Positions 23,828 through 36,325 of a stretch of 64,000 nt of DNA are shown here, piece after piece. A program made the translations under genes and the position numbers. The DNA is from Scyliorhinus canicula (lineage: Eukaryota). The stretch is taken from contig NC_052149.1 of the NCBI RefSeq assembly GCF_902713615.1, positions 36,848,327 to 36,912,326 of the forward strand, given 5' to 3'. A model generated the notes under the pieces. That model was not told where the DNA came from and searched no databases. It saw only the letters and a list, made by a program, of their open reading frames with translations. How positions within the stretch are numbered: the stretch's first letter is position 1; every line of letters starts with the position of its first letter.

Positions 23828-24230
23828 CTACAAAAAAAATTAACAATTCAGCATAAGACTAGGTGGGATAATCAGTCAGAACCATTCACATGTGGCCGAG
23901 GTTCAAAACATGTTCAAAATGATGGCATTAAAGCAGTGGTGGGCAAGCTGTGGCCCGGGATCCACACAGCCTATTAAAGTTCTGAGTGCAGGCCACAAGC
24001 CATTTTGTTCACTGTTACCCATGCACAGAGTTGCCACATTTTGCTGGTTTCCACCTGCGTAGCTTTTTCCTACCAGTATGATTGAAGTGATGCACATAGA
24101 ATAAGGGCAGGTGAAGTGAGGTGCATGCTGATTGCTCACAGCATTGACTGTGAGAGCCTTCATCTCCTGCTGTGTCAAGCATAAAGCTTTTTTGTTTTTA
24201 TCCTTGAAATTGATGACGGGTCTTTTAATA

Positions 24231-24560
24231 GGGGCCTCACGGTAGTATGGTGGTTAGCATCAATGCTTCACAGCTCCAGGGTCCCAGGTTCGATTCCCGG
24301 CTGGGTCACTGTCTGTGTGGAGTCTGCACGTCCTCCCCGTGTGCGTGTGGGTTTCCTCCGGGTGCTCCGGTTTCCTCCCACAGTCCAAAGATGTGCGGGT
24401 TAGGTGGATTGGCCATGCTAAATTGCCCGTAGTGTAAGGTTAATGGGGGGATTGTTGGGTTACGGGTATACGGGTTACGTGGGTTTAAGTGGGGTGATCA
24501 TTGTTCGGCACAACATCGAGGGCCGAAGGGCCTGTTCTGTGCTGTACTGTTCTATGTTCT
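24231..24560 (+). mobile_element. V-SINE (HE1-like) with CR1 tail
   Basis: Near-identical to the reverse complement of 14737-15062 and 1627-1978. Confidence 0.9.
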
Positions 24561-25029
24561 ATATAGGAATTATTAAGCATTTTCTGCAACTTATGAAGTA
24601 TTCGCTGTGCATTAAATATATTCAATCTTATTCAAGGGTCATAGTTAGTGAACAAGCCCGATTTCAATCTTGTGGCCCAATGAGATGCAGGTGGGCCGCA
24701 CATGTGACCCACTCACTAGCCGAGGATGCCCTTCACTGTCTGACAGGTACCATTCTCTGCTTGCGGGTTTTAAACAAAAAGAGTTTGGACAGGCTCAACC
24801 TGTTCCTGGAGAGCACAAGATGGCATCACAAATCAATCTCCAAGATCACTATGCAATCCCATGCACCTATGAGATGCCAGATCAACAAAGCTCTTCCATG
24901 CCGAACCATTTTGACCATTTCCGCAAAGTACACACTTGACTAAATTTCCCATATTCAGCACTCACACAACATAGTCACCCTCGACTATCTCCTACAATCA
25001 AGTACTTAACCTGCAGTCACGCACCATAC

Positions 25030-25154
25030 CTTCTGCTTATCAGCGCTGGCTCTCAATTCAATGAGCTGCTTCTCTTTAGGTTCAAACTTAAGGCCCTCAT
25101 CACACCATGCTATTGCCTTGCTGTAATTGTTCAGTTCAATATGGCAAAGGATAC
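25030..25154 (-). CDS. TTC4: TTC4 exon 5 (GILCHIELNNYSKAIAWCDEGLKFEPKEKQLIELRASADKQK)
   Basis: GACAG| acceptor, AAG|GTATGG donor, 125 nt; TPR3. Confidence 0.93.
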
Positions 25155-25840
25155 CTGTCAAAACCGACAATCAAAAGTTAAGACTTCAGCAGCCACAGGG
25201 AAGAACCCATTTCCCAAAAGATTATTAATTAATCAAGAAGTCATAGCAAGATGTCAGTTTGGTAACACATCATCTCTGTTCCAAAATATTGCATTCATTT
25301 TCAGTATCAAACATGGACTCTGTTAAATGATCACCAAAGCAAGAACTCTGGGGAAAGTACTGATTCTTAGAAATGTTCAATTTATTTTCCTTACAAGAAA
25401 CAGCAACAAAAATGGGTGAGAGGTCGGAAGGGGCAGCACATCATCACCCAGCATACCTCTAGTTGGTAACAAACATTGATTATGTGCAACACTGTTCTGC
25501 CTCAAATCCCGTTTTTGACTATCGTCTTCAGTTTAGGACAAAAGAAAAATCATATAGTGGAACACAGCATTGCTTTAAATTAATCTGTCCCTGTACATGG
25601 CACAAATTGTTGGGAGTTCCAATATATCATCGTGGGGTTTGAGTTCACTCTTGTGGTCCCCTGCATTTGGAGTTCCTCATACCACCCGTGTCCTGAAATT
25701 AAAAGTGAAATAGAAGCGTGTGCTTCCAGACTCTCCTTGTAGACTTCCTAAAAGCGAGGGGAGTAAGGGAGGAACAGAACGCCCTTCCCCTTAGGTGGGA
25801 AGGATGTCAAAATAAAACATAACTGTTTCTTCAGCCTTAC

Positions 25841-25918
25841 CTCTAATTACTGCTTTCAGATGGTTTGGTTTCAGCTTTCGAGCTTCAATCACGTCATTTA
25901 GTGCAGATCGATTATTAC
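25841..25918 (-). CDS. TTC4: TTC4 exon 4 (GNNRSALNDVIEARKLKPNHLKAVIRG)
   Basis: TTTAAG| acceptor, GAG|GTAAGG donor, 78 nt. Confidence 0.93.
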
Positions 25919-26418
25919 CTTAAACACAGAATATCAGAAGAGTCAGAAAGCCAAATATACTTCTTTGTTCACAGTGTCAGTTCACCAGCGAAGAACGAGC
26001 AATACTTGGCTGCACTGGGCATGTGGAAGAAGGCACTACTTTATTACTGGCACATGTTTTTTCCTTTGATCGTATTCAATTATGGCCTGTAGCTAATTGT
26101 TGAGAGTTGACCTCATGTTACAGTAACACTTTTAAATCTTGTGCCCCACTCCAGAACACACCCAACCGTACAATGTGATATTTCTGTTGAACACAACATT
26201 TCAATCCCCAAGCACGATTATTTGGGATTCGCACAGTCCCAAACTCAGTTCACTTCATGCGTTTACACCCGAGTGAGCCAAGATTCCCCCCCCCCCCCCC
26301 CCATTATCTGACCTAAATTCAATTCTACATCCTCAAATCTGATTTTTGGAACAATCATGCCACCCAGTTCACTCCCATTTCCACGCAGTTAGGACGGGCA
26401 AGTGCCAACCAGCCATAC

Positions 26419-26580
26419 CCAAGTAAAATTGTGCCGCAGCTCTGTTTGTATAGAGTATGACATTCAGCTCAGAGTCGCTGCATTTTCTCTTCAGCCCTTC
26501 TGTGTAGGAGATGACAGCTTTTTTATAATTCTTTTCCTTGAAGTAATGATTCCCTTCATTCTTGTATGTTTTTGCAAGCT
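26419..26580 (-). CDS. TTC4: TTC4 exon 3 (ELAKTYKNEGNHYFKEKNYKKAVISYTEGL..LYTNRAAAQFYLG)
   Basis: TTTTACAG| acceptor, G|GTATGG donor, 162 nt; Hsp90-binding TPR motif. Confidence 0.95.
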
Positions 26581-26679
26581 CTGTAAAATATAATTTAAAA
26601 GAAAAGGTCTAACACAATCTATAAATATTAGAAATCGCCAACCAACCTGATTTTTAAAAAAAATCTGATTTAAGACCAT

Positions 26680-27890
26680 AATGCATAGGGGCAGAAGTAG
26701 ACCATTCGGCCCATCAAGCCTGCTCCACCCGTCAGTGAGATCTTGACTGATCTTTTAAAATAAATTTAGAGTACCTAATTTATTTTTTCCAATTTAGCAT
26801 GGCCAATCCACCTAACCTGCACATCTTTGGCTTGTGGGGGCGAAACCCATGCAAACACGGGTAGAATGTGCAAACTCCACACGGACAGTGACCCAGAGCC
26901 AGGATCGATCCTGGGACCTCGGCGCTGTGAGGCAGCAGGGCTAACCACTGCGCCACCGTGCTGCCCTAGATCTTGATTGATCTGATAATCCTCAACTCCA
27001 CTTTCCCGCCTTATCCCCATAACCCTCGATTCCCTGATTAAAAATCTTTCTATCTCAGCCTTCAACATACTTAATGAACATACTACAGCCCACTGCAGTA
27101 AAGAATTCTACAGATTCACTATCTTCTGAGAGAAGAAATTCCTCTTCATCTCTGTTTTAACTGGACGACCCCTTACTGAGATTATGCCCTCTGGTCCTAG
27201 ACTCTTCCATAAAGGGAAACATCCTCTCAGCATCTACCCTGTGAAGCCCCCTGAGAATCCTACATGTCTCAATAAGGTCACCTCTCCTTCTTCTAAACGC
27301 CAATGAATACAGGCCCAACCTACTCAAACTTTCCTCAAGAAAATCCCTTCATACCTGGGATCAACCTAGTGAACCTTCTCTGGATTACCTCCAATGCTAG
27401 TATGTCTTTCTTTAGGTAAGGGGACCAAAACGGTTGACATATCCCAAGTGTGATCAAATTCGTGCTTTGGAGGGCAGCACGGTGGCGCAGTGGGTCAGCA
27501 TTGCTGCTTCACGGCGCCGAGGTCCCAGGTTCGATCCCGGCTCTGGGTCACTGTCCGTGTGGAGTTTGCACATTCTCCCTGTGTTTGTGTGGGTTTTGCC
27601 CCCACAACCCAAAGATGTGCAGGCCAGGTGGATTGGCTACGCTAAACTGCCCCTTAATTGGAAAAGATTAATTGGATACTCAACATTTTTTTTAAATTAG
27701 CGCCTTGCATGGTTTTAGCAAGAGTTCCCTATTTTTATACTCATTTCCTTTAAAATAAAGGCCAACATTCCATTTGCCTTCCCTATTACCTGCTGAACTT
27801 GCATGCCAGCTTTTTGTGATTTACGCACGAGAACCCCTAAACCCCTCTGTGCTGCAATTTTTGCAGTCTTTCTCCATTTAGTCATTTAAT
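26680..27890 (-). mobile_element. CR1 3' fragment with two nested V-SINEs (~26755-26967 with 16-bp TSD; ~27472-27700)
   Basis: CR1 tail ..CATTCGGCCCATCAAGCCTGCTCC..; AGATCTTGA(C/T)TGATCT duplicated around the first SINE. Confidence 0.8.
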
Positions 27891-28264
27891 CTCACATGGA
27901 GGCTCAAAATGTTTCAAAAGGAGTTAAGTCTGCAGCATTATTCTGTAAGAAATTGTTTATGAAGTTGCTGTTGCTTGATTTCTTCTTTTGTGTTTTTTGC
28001 CAACGGTTCTCTCATGTATAAACCTTGTTACTAAATGCCAGAAATCCCAATAAAAATATTTTTCAAACAATATTCTGGAAGAGATGGTAATACAATTCTC
28101 ACCAATGATTTTCCCATAAATACCTGCACTTTTTCCAATGCCAATTACATTGATAAATAAACATTCATTTATTTCAAAAAGGAGTACACTTTTTCTTTGT
28201 AATCTTGTGAAAATATATACATGGCCAGGCTATCATCACATTACTAGCTGTCAGTTCTATACAT

Positions 28265-28459
28265 GATGTGGAGATGCCGGCGTTGGACTGGGGTGAGCAC
28301 AGTAAGAAGTCTTACAACACCAGGTTAAAGTCCAACAGGTTTGATTCAAACACGAGCTTTCGGAGCGCAGCTTCTTCACCTGAGGAAGGAGCTGCGCTCC
28401 AAAAGCTCGTGTTTGAATCAAACCTGTTGGACTTTAACCTGGTGTTGTAAGACTTCGTA
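28265..28459. mobile_element. Fold-back mini-Penelope: inverted terminal-repeat pair with 13-bp TSD
   Basis: ~75-bp arms (28302-28376 / 28386-28460); TSD CAGTTCTATACAT at 28252-28264 and 28460-28472. Confidence 0.9.
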
Positions 28460-28627
28460 CAGTTCTATACATAACATTGAATACTCTGTCAGTCACAGAA
28501 TATTTAACTCTTCGGACCTTTCTGAGGAAGGAATCTGCCTAAAGTCAGTCAGTTATTTGCAAAATGAAAATTTGCAAATTGCAACAGGTTTTGCTTTAAC
28601 TTTTTTGATTGATGTGGATTCCAGTAC

Positions 28628-28745
28628 CTTCTGGAGATTGATCCTCATCGTACAATATTGTCTGGATGCAAGCAAGTTCCGGATGCTCCAAAGAATCAAG
28701 TTCTTCAGGTGCCTTTTTCATAAACATTGGAATCTTGTCAAACTC
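28628..28745 (-). CDS. TTC4: TTC4 exon 2 (EFDKIPMFMKKAPEELDSLEHPELACIQTILYDEDQSPE)
   Basis: CTGTCCAG| acceptor, AG|GTACTG donor, 118 nt. Confidence 0.94.
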
Positions 28746-29049
28746 CTGGACAGGAAAAAAAAATAAACACGTGGTCAGCATTGCCCGGTCCCTTTCTGCC
28801 TCCGTTTGCTCCTGTTGCTTCTTAACAAGGATGAGTGAGGGAAAATGTCTCTCCTCCAAAGGCATAATTTGCAAGTTCTTTATAAAGCGAGTATTTTATT
28901 CTCAAGACACAGGAAGACATTTTGTCTTGCAACAACATTGGAAAAAATGTTATGGAAGCTGTCTTTCCTCACCAATTCTCTGTCATGTTTCCAGTGAGTG
29001 TGCATAGGTTCGCATTGGGGGAGTATACACAAATAAATTACCTTCAGTT

Positions 29050-29791
29050 TCCTCAACGTTTAATTGAAAGGAATTACACTGTATCCTAGACTGGGTGTCA
29101 GATAGGTTGATGGAGCCTCAATGGAGAGAACAAGGGTTTGGCAGGAAGATCTAAGTGCACAGGATACAGGTGGAAGCTGCCCATATCTGCGGATTAAGAA
29201 AGGGGCCAAATCTAAATTTTTGAGGGACAGAAGCAGCATGAAGAGACAACATTGGTGGAGATGGTTTGGCAACAATTATATAAGGAGGACTGAAGAGAGC
29301 AAACCCACTGAGCTAGAGCAGGGATTAGAGGAGGACGGTATGCAGGAGGTCAAGCAGAACAAAAAGGAGAAAAGGCATCATACTAAGTTACAGTCAACAT
29401 CATTTGTGACTTTAATTACGGTCTTTTCAGCGCTCCAACAGGGGGAGAAACCTGATTGGAGAAATCGAAACCTAGAGTCACAAAAAACATGGCCATGGAT
29501 TTCAGATGGGTGGAGGAGAACAATACGTTGGAGATGGGCAGTCATTTCCATGGAAGAGGGGTCAAGGGGAGGTTGAGACAGCAGAGCTGATAATTGTTTT
29601 TGAAAGGGGCAGAAAAAAACATTTAAAATGTCATCTGACATGGAAGCTAGGAAAGGAGGCTGAGTGACCACTCAACTCAGAAATTGGGAATGGGGTCCTT
29701 GGAACAGGGTGTGGGTCTCATGGATGAGCTCAGCTCCAAGTAAACACATGAAGATTATGAGGAAAAACCCAACTTCAGAGTTATGGCAAAT

Positions 29792-29826
<35 letters not shown>

Positions 29827-30210
29827 GGACAACCAGGGATTTTAAACTATGACCCCAGTCTTAGTGCCAAAAAAGTCCATAGGTTCCTTGTTGTTGGATC
29901 CGAGGGGGCTGAGGAGAGGGATTGAAGGTGACAGTTAATATTGAAGAAAATAAATGAGAGGGGGTTATCTTTGCTTTCAAGATTGATCCTGGAACAGTGA
30001 TCAGTTTTGACAGAGGCTGCTGAGAGATGTAGAGCTTGATACAATCTATTCTAGCCAGATCTAGTGATAGAAGGCTAAACATGATGTACTCCAGATACTA
30101 TGAAGTCAACATTCTTTGGGAGTCGAGACTACAGAGATGGGAAATAATAACGGTCTATTTGAAAAGAGGGGCATCAAAAATGGAGGTGAAGGAATGGATG
30201 AACAGACCAA
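29050..30210 (-). mobile_element. Ancient L2-type LINE fragment
   Basis: QSGFSPCWSAEKTVIKVTND resembles the L2 RT motif QSGFR..HSTETAL.KV.ND; heavily decayed. Confidence 0.6.
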
Positions 30211-31034
30211 AGTTGGGCGGCACGGTAGCACAGTAGTTAGCACTGTTGCTTCACGTCTACAGGGTCCTAGGTTCAATTCCCGGCTTGCGTCACTGTCTGT
30301 GCGGAGTCTGCACGTTCTCCCCTTGTCTGCGTGGGTTTTCTCCCACAAGTGCTGTTAGGTAATTTGGACATTCCGAGTTCTCCCTCTGTGTACCCGAACA
30401 GGAGCCGGAATGTGGCGACTAGGAGCTTTTCACAGTAATTTCATTGCAGTGTTAATGTAAGCCTACTTGTGACAATAATGAAGATTATCATGGTGAATGG
30501 AGGCCAATGGCTGGCACTGTGGTTGCAAGCGAATAAGTGGGAAAAAAAACATCACACACTCCTACCCAAGAGTAGATAAGTGAAGCTCATGGCCTTGAAT
30601 AATACAACTCAGAAGTGCCTTACACTCGCCGAAGGCAGCACAAGAGTGAAATCACAACAATGTAGCTAACAACACATTTCAGCTTTCACATTTCAAACAA
30701 TCATATAAACTCAATTACAATACAGCAATCCCTGAACTTTTAAGCTGGCAGAATTCCTATTCCAGGAACAAAACATTGCTGATTTAAGTTGTACTTTCAA
30801 GACGATTGCATATACCAGGTTGAATTTCTAGTGCAGGATTGAATGTGGGCTACACTGTTGGAGGTGCTGTCATTTAACTGAAAACTTAAGCTCAGATGTT
30901 GCTACTGGTCAAGCAAACTTGAAAATCAAAGTATTATGAAGGAAGAGTTGTCCTTATGGTGTTCCTCATACATTTACCAAAAACCTGCTCAGTTGCTGAG
31001 ATATTGTTGCCCTTGAATACCTGCCACATTTACC

Positions 31035-31612
31035 CAATGGCTCCCCCTCGTCAACTCTATTTGTTACATCTTCCAAGCATTCCAATAGATTTCCCTTTTG
31101 TAAATCCATGCTGACTCTGTCCGATCCTGCCACAGTTTCCAAGTACTCTGCTATTAAATCATTAATAATGCATTCTAAATTTTTCCCACTCCTGACATCA
31201 GGCTGACTGGTCTATAATTCCCTGTTTTCTCTCTACCTCACTTTTTAGATATTGGGGTTACTTTAGCTACTCTCCAATCTGTAGGAACTTTTCCAGAGTC
31301 TATAGAATCTTGGAAGATGACCATCAATGCATCCATTATTTCTAGGGCCACTTCCTTAAGTACTCTGGAATCTGATTATCAAGACCTGGGGATTTATTGC
31401 CCTTCAAGCCATCAGTTCCTGAAACACCATTTCTCTACTAATGCTGATCTCCCTCTCACTAAACACCATGTTGCCCAACATTTCTGGTATCTTATTTGTG
31501 TCCCCCTTTGCAAAGACAGAACTAAAGTATGTATTTAGTTGGCCAGCCATTTCTTTGTTCCCCTTATAAATTCCCCTATTTCTGACTGGAAGGAGCCTAC
31601 ATTTGTCTTCAT
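31035..31612 (-). mobile_element. CR1 ORF2 fragment
   Basis: Closely similar to the minus-strand CR1 at ~20010-20495. Confidence 0.8.
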
Positions 31613-31689
31613 TAACACTGAGCTAGTGCAGCTGAGCCGATGTTGATCTCCATGTCACTGGTGGCCTTTTGAGGAAGTTGGTTGGGAAG

Positions 31690-32060
31690 GTATTGTAAGT
31701 GTTCAACATATTACAGGCCAGAATTCCACAGGTAGACGTAGAAAACGCTACAACATTCTGAAGCTCTCCTTGAAGCCTGGCAGCATTAACAATGCAAGGG
31801 AGGAGCTTGCTATCGATCGTTCAAAATGGTGACAACCTGTTCATCTAGCTGCAGCAGGCTTCGAGTCCAAAAGGCTTAATGATAAGGCAGAACAGGGGAA
31901 AAGGAAGGAAAAGTAAGAAAATTCTACCATCTAGATCCCACGGCCTCATGGGAACCCAAGCCCCTCATGCCCAAAGATCTGTGGGTCGAACTTTGGCCTG
32001 TGCAATCACAAAAAGACCCACAACAGACTGACAACTCCAAGTAGACATCATCCGTGAGTC
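31690..32060 (+). mobile_element. RTE-clade LINE 3' fragment
   Basis: ELAIDRSKW.. and a terminal zinc-finger relic CPKICGSNFGLCNHKKTH, typical of RTE ORF ends. Confidence 0.6.
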
Positions 32061-32402
32061 ATGCAACAGTCAATGACAATTTCAATATCACTTCTTCGCT
32101 GTCAAGTGCTTTGGGACATCCTGAGGTTGTAGTGCAGTGGTTAGCACAGTGCCAGGGACCCGGGTTTGATTCCGACTTTGGGTGACTGTGTGTAGTTTGC
32201 ACATTCTCCCCGTGTCTGCATGGGTTTCTGCATGGGTTTCCTCCGGGTGCTCCGATTTCCTCCCACAGTCCAAAGATGTGCAGGTTAGGGGGATTGGCCA
32301 TGCTAAATTGCCCCTCAGTGTCCAACAGTTAGGTGACGTTAACAAAAGGGAAAATGCTGGAAAATCTCAGCAAGTCTGGCAGCATCTGTAGGGAGAGAAA
32401 AG

Positions 32403-32440
32403 AGCTAACGTTTCGAGTCCGATGACTCTTTGTCAAAGCT
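32403..32440 (-). ncRNA. Minimal type I hammerhead ribozyme motif, U3-A8 core variant
   Basis: AGCU-UUGACAA-A-GAGUC-AUCG-GACUC-GAA-ACGU-U-AGCU: stems I and II pair perfectly, palindromic stem III, GUU cleavage triplet; lies in a Penelope-type repeat (32340-32450). Confidence 0.7.
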
Positions 32441-33176
32441 TTGACAAAGCAATCCACCTAACCTGCACATCTTTGGACTGTGGGAGGAAACTGGAGCACC
32501 GGAGGAAACCCACACAGACACGGGGAGAACATTTAGACTCCGCAGACAGTGAGCCAGCAGGGAATCGAACCTGGGACCCTGGCGCTGTGAAGTCACGGTT
32601 ATATCTACAACACCATCAACTGTGAGACCACAGTAGGTGGCAATGAATCAGAAAGAAGCTTCAATCACTGGGGCTGCCTGAGCCAGTGACACTCAAATCA
32701 CTCGCTGTTCAACATTCAACAGCAATGGATGTGGAAAAAAATGATTAAAAAGTAATTTCTGTCTGACCCTGAGGTAACAAATCTCAGCTCAGTCATCCTC
32801 ATCAAGCTCCAAATGTTACTTTTGCCAGCCATCATTTCCATAGAAACATAGAAAAACAGGAGGAGGCCACTCGACCCTTCAAACCCACTTCTCCATTCAT
32901 TCAGATCATGGTTGATCATCCAACTTAATCCCGCTTTCCCCATCACCCTAAATGCTATGTCTAACTGCTTCTCGAAACCATACAATGTTATAGAAACATT
33001 GTTTTACAATGAGTGTTTGTCAAATCCTCTTGTGCCAAAATTCCTAGGCAATTTATTTAACCCTGCCTTGTCCGAATCGCTTGTTTGTTTTCCTTGAACC
33101 GAGGAAATCAGTATTTTCCAAACATTTCCAAGTGGTTTTCCCCACTCCAGTTGTTGAGTAGCTCTCCAAATCCCAC

Positions 33177-33284
33177 CTTCTCCCAGTTATCCTCACTGAA
33201 GCCATCTTTATACTTCTTCCCCTTGAACTGGTCCATGAACTCATCCATGCCATCGTCTTCCTCCGGGGGTGGAGCAGACGCCAT
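33177..33284 (-). CDS. TTC4: TTC4 exon 1 (MASAPPPEEDDGMDEFMDQFKGKKYKDGFSEDNWEK); whole CDS 1185 nt = 394 aa
   Basis: AGCATGG start; AAG|GTGGGA donor; resembles human MDSFLEKFQSQPYRGGFHEDQWEK. Confidence 0.93.
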
Positions 33285-33460
33285 GCTGCTCAGAGAGAGG
33301 CTCGCCACCCGAAACAGACAGACAGCCCGCACCGTCCACAACTGATACACTCGGCGATTTGCTACATTCAGCAACACATGCTTCCGGCTGCCGCAGCACA
33401 ACCCGTCCCCCCGGCCCCCAAAGAGACAGTTCCGCCCAGCCGCACCACTAATCAATGCAG
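33285..33460 (-). promoter_or_regulatory. TTC4 5' UTR and CpG-rich promoter
   Basis: CpG-rich; ETS-like CTTCCGG ~33381; GC box CCGCCC ~33431. Confidence 0.6.
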
Positions 33461-33730
33461 AGAGTTGGCAATGTTACTCTTTATTTAATGTTACTCTTTA
33501 TTTAAGCTACTAAAATCCGCAGCGTTCATGTTTTGGAAAATCAGGGCATTAAAAGGGGCGCGGGGTCTGATTCTTTTACTGTGCTCAGCGTGTGCAAGTA
33601 GTCCTGAAATCTCCAAAGTACCAAGGAACATTGTGTTCGGGTAAATAAAATATAAATATGATGTGGAGATGCCGGCGTTGCACTGCTTTGAGCACAGTAA
33701 GAAGTCTTTCAACACCAGGTTTGTTTCGAA

Positions 33731-33767
33731 TCACTAGCTTTCGGAGCACTGCTCCTTCCTCAGGTGA
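33731..33767 (-). ncRNA. Minimal hammerhead ribozyme motif in the Penelope terminal repeat
   Basis: UCAC-CUGAGGA-A-GGAGC-AGU-GCUCC-GAA-AGCU-A-GUGA. Confidence 0.75.
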
Positions 33768-33849
33768 ATGAAGAGGTATGTTCCGGAAACATGGACAAAT
33801 TCAAAGATGCCAGACTATACTTAGAATGCGAGCATTTGCAGGTAATCAA

Positions 33850-34551
33850 GGGTAGTATTCTCCGCTCCCGGGACTAAGTGCCCGCGCCATCGTGAACGCC
33901 GTCGCATTTCACGACGGCGCAAACAGGTCCCGGGCACGACCTAATCTGGCCCCTATAGGGGGCCAGCACGGCACTGGAGTGGTTCACGCCACTCCAGCGT
34001 CAGGTGCCGCGTCAACCCGCGCATGCACAGTTGAGGCAGCTCAATCCTGCGCATGCGCAGTTGGGCCACGCCATCCTGCACATGCGCGGGGAACTTCTTG
34101 CGCGCGCCGACACCTCACCAACATGGCATCGGTGTTCTGGGGCCGGCTGCGGAAGGAGGTAGCCCCGGGGGGGGGGGGGAAGAGGCCAGCCCCCACCGAT
34201 TGGTGGGCCCCGATCACGGGCCAGACCCCATCGCAGCCCCCCTCCCCCCCCCCCCCCGGTAAAGAAGCCCCCCCCCTCCCCCCATCACAGGCCGCTCCCC
34301 CAGTGTTCCCGCCGGCAGCGACCAGGGGTGCATGGCGCCAGCGGGAAACTGTCGTGTCGGAGCAGCCGCTCGGCCCATCCGGGTCAGAGAATCGCCGTTT
34401 ATGGCGATTCTGCGAGCGGCCCAGCACGATACGTGCGGCGCTCGTTTCGGGGGGGGGGAGAATCGCGTACCGGGGTCAGGGCAGCGGGCGCGATTCGCGC
34501 GGCGCCCCGGCGATTCTCCCACCCGCCGTGGGGGGGGTGACAATACTGCCC
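33850..34551. mobile_element. GC-rich non-autonomous PIF/Harbinger-type MITE nested in Penelope
   Basis: Termini GGGTAGTATT..AATACTGCCC, 3-bp TSD CAA; removing it restores the Penelope repeat (cf. ~36035-36060). Confidence 0.8.
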
Positions 34552-36290
34552 CAAGTATTTACAGATCCAGAGATAGGGGTAACCCCAGGTTAAAGAGGTG
34601 TGAATTGTCTCAAGCCAGAAGAGTTGGTAGGATTTTGCAAGCCCAGGCCAGGTGGTGGAGGATGAATGAATCTCACTGGCTACATCGAGGGCATCTTGAA
34701 ACCCATCGTACAAGGTACGCCCAGTTTCTGTCACGACACGACAGACTTCCTACAGAAACTCAGCACCCATGGACCAGTTGAACCAGGAACATTCCTCGTC
34801 ACAATGGACGTCTCGGCACTCTACACCAGCATCCCCCATGACGACGGCATTGCTGCAACAGCCTCAGTCCTCAACACCAACAACTGCCAATCTCCAGACG
34901 CAATTCTGCAACTCATCCGCTTCATTCTGGATCACAACGACTTCACCTTCGACAACAAGTTCTTCATCCAGATGCACAGAACAGCCATGGGGACCTAATT
35001 CGCACCTCAATCTGCCAACATCTTCATGCACAAGTTTGAACAAGACCTCCTCACCGCACAGGACCTTCAACCGACGTTATACACCAGATACATCAATGAC
35101 GTTTTTTTCCTTTGGACACACGGCAAAGAATCACTGAAACGACTACATAATGACATCAGTAAGTTCCATCCACCATCAGACACACCATGGACTACTCTCC
35201 AAAAGCAGTTGCATTCTTGGACACGCTCATCTCCATCAAGGACGGTTACCTCAGCACTTCGCTTTACCGCAAGCCCACGGATAACCTCACGATGCTCCAC
35301 TTCTCCAGGTTCCACCCTAAACACATTAAAGAAGCTATCCCTTATGGACAAGCCCTCCATATACACAGGATCTGCTCAGACGAGAAGGAGCGTAACAGAC
35401 ATCTACAGACGCTGAAAGATGCCCTCGTACCAACAGGATATGGCGCTCAACTCATCGATCGACAGTTCCAACGCGCCACAGCAAAAAACCGCACCGACCG
35501 CCTCAGAAGACAAACACGGGACACAACCGACAGAGTACCCTTCGTCGCCCAGTCCATTCCCGGAGCGGAGAAACTACATCTTCTTCGCAGCCTTCAACAC
35601 GTCATCGATGAAGATTAACATCTAGCCAAGGTCATCCCCATACCCCCACTACTTGCCTTCAAACAACCGCGCAACCTCAATCAAACCATTGTTTGCAGCA
35701 AACTACCCAGCCTTCAGAACAGCGACCACGACACCACATAACCCGGCCATGGCAATCTCTGCAAGACCTGCCAGATCATCGACATGGATACCACCATTAC
35801 ACGTGAGAACACCACCCACCAGGTACACGGTACATACTTGTGCGACTCGGCACAATTGCAGAGCCAGAAACTTATAGCCAAGTTCTGCACACGAGTTTGG
35901 CCTCAACCGGGACCTGGGATTCATGTTGCATTACGTTCATCCTCCACCATCTGGCCTGGGCTTGCGAAATCCTACCAACTGTCCTGGCTTGAGACAATTC
36001 ACACCTCTTTAACCTGGGGTTACCCCTATCACTGGATCTGTAAAGACTTGATTACCTGAAAATGCTCACATTCTAAGCATTGTCTGGCATCTTTGAATTT
36101 GTCTATATATATAAGAAGATAAGAATTAGGAGCAGGAGTAGGCCATATGGCCCCTCGAGCCTGCTCTGCCATTCAATGAGATCATGGCTGATCTTTTGTG
36201 GACTCAGCTCCACATTCCGGCCTGAACACCATAACTCTTAATCCCTTTATTCTTCAAAATAAATATGTTTCTGGAACATACCTCTTCATT

Positions 36291-36325
36291 CACCTGAGGA
36301 AGGAGCAATGCTCCGAAAGCTAGTG
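36291..36325 (+). ncRNA. Minimal hammerhead ribozyme motif in the Penelope 3' terminal repeat
   Basis: CAC-CUGAGGA-A-GGAGC-AAU-GCUCC-GAA-AGCU-A-GUG. Confidence 0.75.

Noticed and set aside
23934-24738. Possible hAT MITE (CAGTG..CACTG) around the SINE at 24231
   Set aside because: Imperfect TIRs and no matching 8-bp TSD; not supported well enough to call.
33892-34781. GC-rich 109-233 aa ORFs
   Set aside because: They lie in the Harbinger-type MITE and Penelope repeat; open by composition.
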